From Octopus bimaculoides (taxonomy: Eukaryota), in contig NC_068982.1 in NCBI RefSeq assembly GCF_001194135.2, positions 11,048,099 to 11,112,098 on the forward strand: 64,000 nt of DNA, read 5' to 3'. The notes beneath the pieces were generated by a model that made no database searches, was not told where the DNA came from, and saw only the letters and a program-made list of their open reading frames with translations. Below are positions 60,956-64,000 of the stretch, piece by piece; the first letter of the stretch is position 1, and each line of letters begins with the position of its first letter. Both the position numbers and the translations under genes were made by a program.

Positions 60956-61266
60956 NNNNNNNNNNNNNNNNNNNNNNNNNNNNNNNNNNNNNNNNNNNNN
61001 NNNNNNNNNNNNNNNNNNNNNNNNNNNNNNNNNNNNNNNNNNNNNNNNNNNNNNNNNNNNNNNNNNNNNNNNNNNNNNNNNNNNNNNNNNNNNNNNNNNN
61101 NNNNNNNNNNNNNNNNNNNNNNNNNNNNNNNNNNNNNNNNNNNNNNNNNNNNNNNNNNNNNNNNNNNNNNNNNNNNNNNNNNNNNNNNNNNNNNNNNNNN
61201 NNNNNNNNNNNNNNNNNNNNNNNNNNNNNNNNNNNNNNNNNNNNNNNNNNNNNNNNNNNNNNNNNN
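60956..61266. other. Assembly gap (N run)
   Basis: Continuous N run. Confidence 0.99.
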
Positions 61267-61560
61267 GTGAAATTAACGTGCAAGTGGCTGAGCACTCCAC
61301 AGACACGTGTACCCTTAACGTAGTTCTCGGGGATATTCAGCGTGACACAGAGTGTGACAAGGCTGACCCTTTGAATTACAGGCACAACAGAAACAGGAAG
61401 GAAGAGTAAGAGAAAGTTGTGGTGAAAGAGTACAGCAGGGTTCGCCACCATCCCCTGTCAGAGCATCGTAGAGCTTTAGGTGTTTTCGCTCAATAAACAC
61501 TCACAACGCCCAGTCTGGGAATCGAAACCGCGATCCTATGACCGCGAGTCCGCTGCCCTC
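61267..61560 (-). mobile_element. SINE family C, truncated by the gap and at the head
   Basis: Near-identical to 11320-11610. Confidence 0.9.
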
Positions 61561-61577
61561 CACTCATGGGGACATAA

Positions 61578-61704
61578 ACAACCAGCTTTGGTCGGTCTAA
61601 GGCTATAGCAGAAGACACTTGTTAGAGATACCACGCAGTGAGACTGAACCCGGAACCAAGTGGTTGGGAAGCAAGCTTCTTACCACACAGCCACACTTGC
61701 GCCT
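61578..61704 (-). mobile_element. SINE family E, 5' half
   Basis: GCTTTGGTCGG..GGCTATAGCAGAAGACACTT..ACTGAACCCGGAACC..GTGGTTGG..CTTACCACACAGCCAC..GCGCCTA. Confidence 0.85.
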
Positions 61705-62911
61705 ATATATTCGTATCTATTTGCTTGTATATATATTATGTATACATGCGTGTATCTATGCATGTACATATATACGCATTTACATACACACATGTTCATA
61801 GATTCACACATATGACTGTATGTGTGTAACTGCGTGTGCACATCTAACACGTATACATTTATATAATTTAAAATAAAAACAAGTTTTTAATTTATATGCA
61901 TTTGCAAGTATTCATGTATGTGTGTGCGTAGATATATACATGTGAAACCTGTCCATTTATGTGTGCGTATTTGCGAGTGTGTATATACACTATGGCTGTC
62001 CACTCGTGACCGAGGACCACTGCCCATGATGCTCGTGCATGATGTCATTGCGCCAGCAGTAGGCTTCACCCGGGTTCGCGTCCGCAGCTTCAATGCTCGC
62101 CGCGGTGCCCTCCTACTAAATCGAGCATCGGATAATTGATTCACCGGCGATTGCATAAATTTGCATATAGGTATTTGTGTGTGTGTTGTGTATGTGTGTG
62201 TGTTTGTGCGCTCGTGGTGGTGGAGGATATACCTATGTGTAATTAGCAGCATTCTTGTAAATATGGCTACAGTAATATTGCGGACAAAGACAACTCGATA
62301 TATTTTACAGCAGTACACGCATATATATCATCATGCAGACACTCGCACACACACACACACACACATATAAATCCATATATGCATATGCCTGTGTGTGTAT
62401 ATGTGTGTATGCATATGTATATGTGTTTGTGCGTGTATGTGTATACATATATACATATACAGACGTGTGTATGTGTGCTGTATGAGTGTATGCTCTGTGA
62501 GCGTGTGTTGCTCGTTCATTAGATTGTATCATATTTGAGTTGTGAAGTTATCGAAGTTAACAAACAATGAAGCGAATTCAGTAAAATGTTATTACGTACT
62601 TTTCAATAAATTACATTTGCTTTTACAAATCGTCTCCACAGCGTCTAGACTAAAGAATACTATCAGTGGAATCCCCAAACAATATGTTGTCAAAACGCCA
62701 TTGTTCAATGCATTTGTAATACTAAACAATATCTTTTGGAATCTTCAGAAAAACAACTGGCTAAGTCTGTAATTTTTTTTTTATTTGACTGTGGCCATGC
62801 TAGAACATCGCTTATTTAATGATATTAAATCTTTTAGAGATTTTCGTGCTAATTGTAACAATATCTATTTGTGAAATCGCTTGAGTTTATCCGAAATACT
62901 TCCCTTTAGTG

Positions 62912-63097
62912 CAGTGCTCCGCAACCGGTATGCCGCGGCACACTGGTGCGCCAGGAAACGATGCTAGGTGTGTTACAGTGTAATCTGAATATAATTTCTT
63001 TTCCTATATTTTTAGTTATAATTTTAATCCAGGTGTGCCGCCGAATTTTAAAAAGAGTATAAGAGTACCGCAAATGAAAAAAGGTTGCGGAGCACTA
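62912..63097. mobile_element. hAT (Charlie-like) MITE
   Basis: TIR CAGTGCTCCGCAACC / GGTTGCGGAGCACTA; TSD CTTTAGTG / CATTAGAG (6/8). Confidence 0.85.
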
Positions 63098-63168
63098 CAT
63101 TAGAGAGTTACCTAACTTTTATGATGTAAAAGCTACAACGCATTTCCACTTATTTACACTGGGCATAC

Positions 63169-63492
63169 TGGCACTCCGTCGGTTGCGACAACGAGGGTTC
63201 CAGTTGATCCGATCAACGGATCAGCCTGCTCAGGAAATTAACGTGCAAATGGCTGAGCACTCCACAGACACGCGTACCCTTAAGGAAGTTCACTGGGAAC
63301 TTCAGCGTGACACAGAATGTGACAAAGATGGCCCTTTGAAATACAGGTACTACTAACTTTTCCAGCTGAGTGGACTGGAACAACGTGAAATAAGGGGGTC
63401 TTGTTCAATGAGACAATGCGTCGCTGGGAATTGAACTCACGACTTTACAATCGTAAGCCGAATGCCCTAACCCCTAAGCCACGGGCCTTCAC
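63169..63492 (-). mobile_element. Hybrid SINE (B head plus C tail)
   Basis: Reverse complement of the 54854-55180 architecture. Confidence 0.85.
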
Positions 63493-63584
63493 TGTACATA
63501 CTAAACAGACACTTGACATACTAAACAAAACATAAATACACACTCACATGTGCGTACAAGCACATACACACACAGGAACAGGCA

Positions 63585-63765
63585 GAAATGTTAGCACGCC
63601 GAACCAAATTCTAACTGGCATTTAGTCCGGCTTTACGTTCTGAGTTCAAATTCTGCCGGTGTTGGCTTTGCCTTTCATCCTTTCGCGGTCGTTAAAATAA
63701 GTCGATGTTATTGACTTACCCCCTGCCCCGAAATTGCTGGCCTTGTGCCAAAATTTGAAATCAAC
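63585..63765 (+). mobile_element. SINE family A
   Basis: GGCAGAAATGTTAGCACGCC...TTTACGTTCTGAGTTCAAATTC...GGCCTTGTGCCAAAATTTGAAA. Confidence 0.85.
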
Positions 63766-63822
63766 TGGTTGTGCCCAGTATAGTCAGAATCTTTGGGCTG
63801 AAACGCATAAAAGAATACATAC

Positions 63823-63875
<53 letters not shown>

Positions 63876-64000
63876 TAGATAGATAGATATGAAGGGCAGG
63901 GAATCGTCAATTAGTAATAAAATTAATAATTAACAATTTTGCCGGGTAGCTCAGTATGAAAAACCTTTTCGGTAAAAATCATTTATAATCATAAATATAT

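Overview
Eukaryotic, AT-rich, microsatellite-dense non-coding DNA from a gapped draft scaffold (10 N-runs). The SINE repertoire and (AT)n/(GT)n/(AAT)n load point to a cephalopod, probably Octopus (inference, not provable here). I find no intact protein-coding gene; nearly all ORF-track entries are microsatellite or gap artefacts. Protein-like signal is confined to decayed transposons: a near full-length Tigger/pogo DD32D transposase (36.9-38.9 kb, minus), an internally deleted rosa-type Tc1/mariner (18.7-19.4 kb), Penelope-like RT (10.6-11.0 kb) and GIY-YIG (56.2-56.6 kb) fragments, and Hero-like, CR1-like and Jockey-group LINE fragments. There are also hAT and TTAA MITEs, a Helitron/Helentron-like non-autonomous element, and about 40 tRNA-derived SINE copies from four or five families (working labels A, B, C, E and B/C hybrids). 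The most notable signals are: (1) five minimal type I hammerhead ribozyme motifs with mostly unrelated stems, two well preserved (43168-43223 minus; 58410-58455 plus, inside a 42-bp inverted repeat); (2) a 26-nt U2 snRNA 5' fragment flanked by a 16-bp direct repeat; (3) two independent SINE-A dimers joined at the same head position; (4) SINE head/tail module shuffling; (5) a ~60-bp CCAAT plus TGA(C/T)TCA minisatellite at two sites. All calls and coordinates were read by eye; no searches or folding programs were run, and SINE boundaries are approximate.
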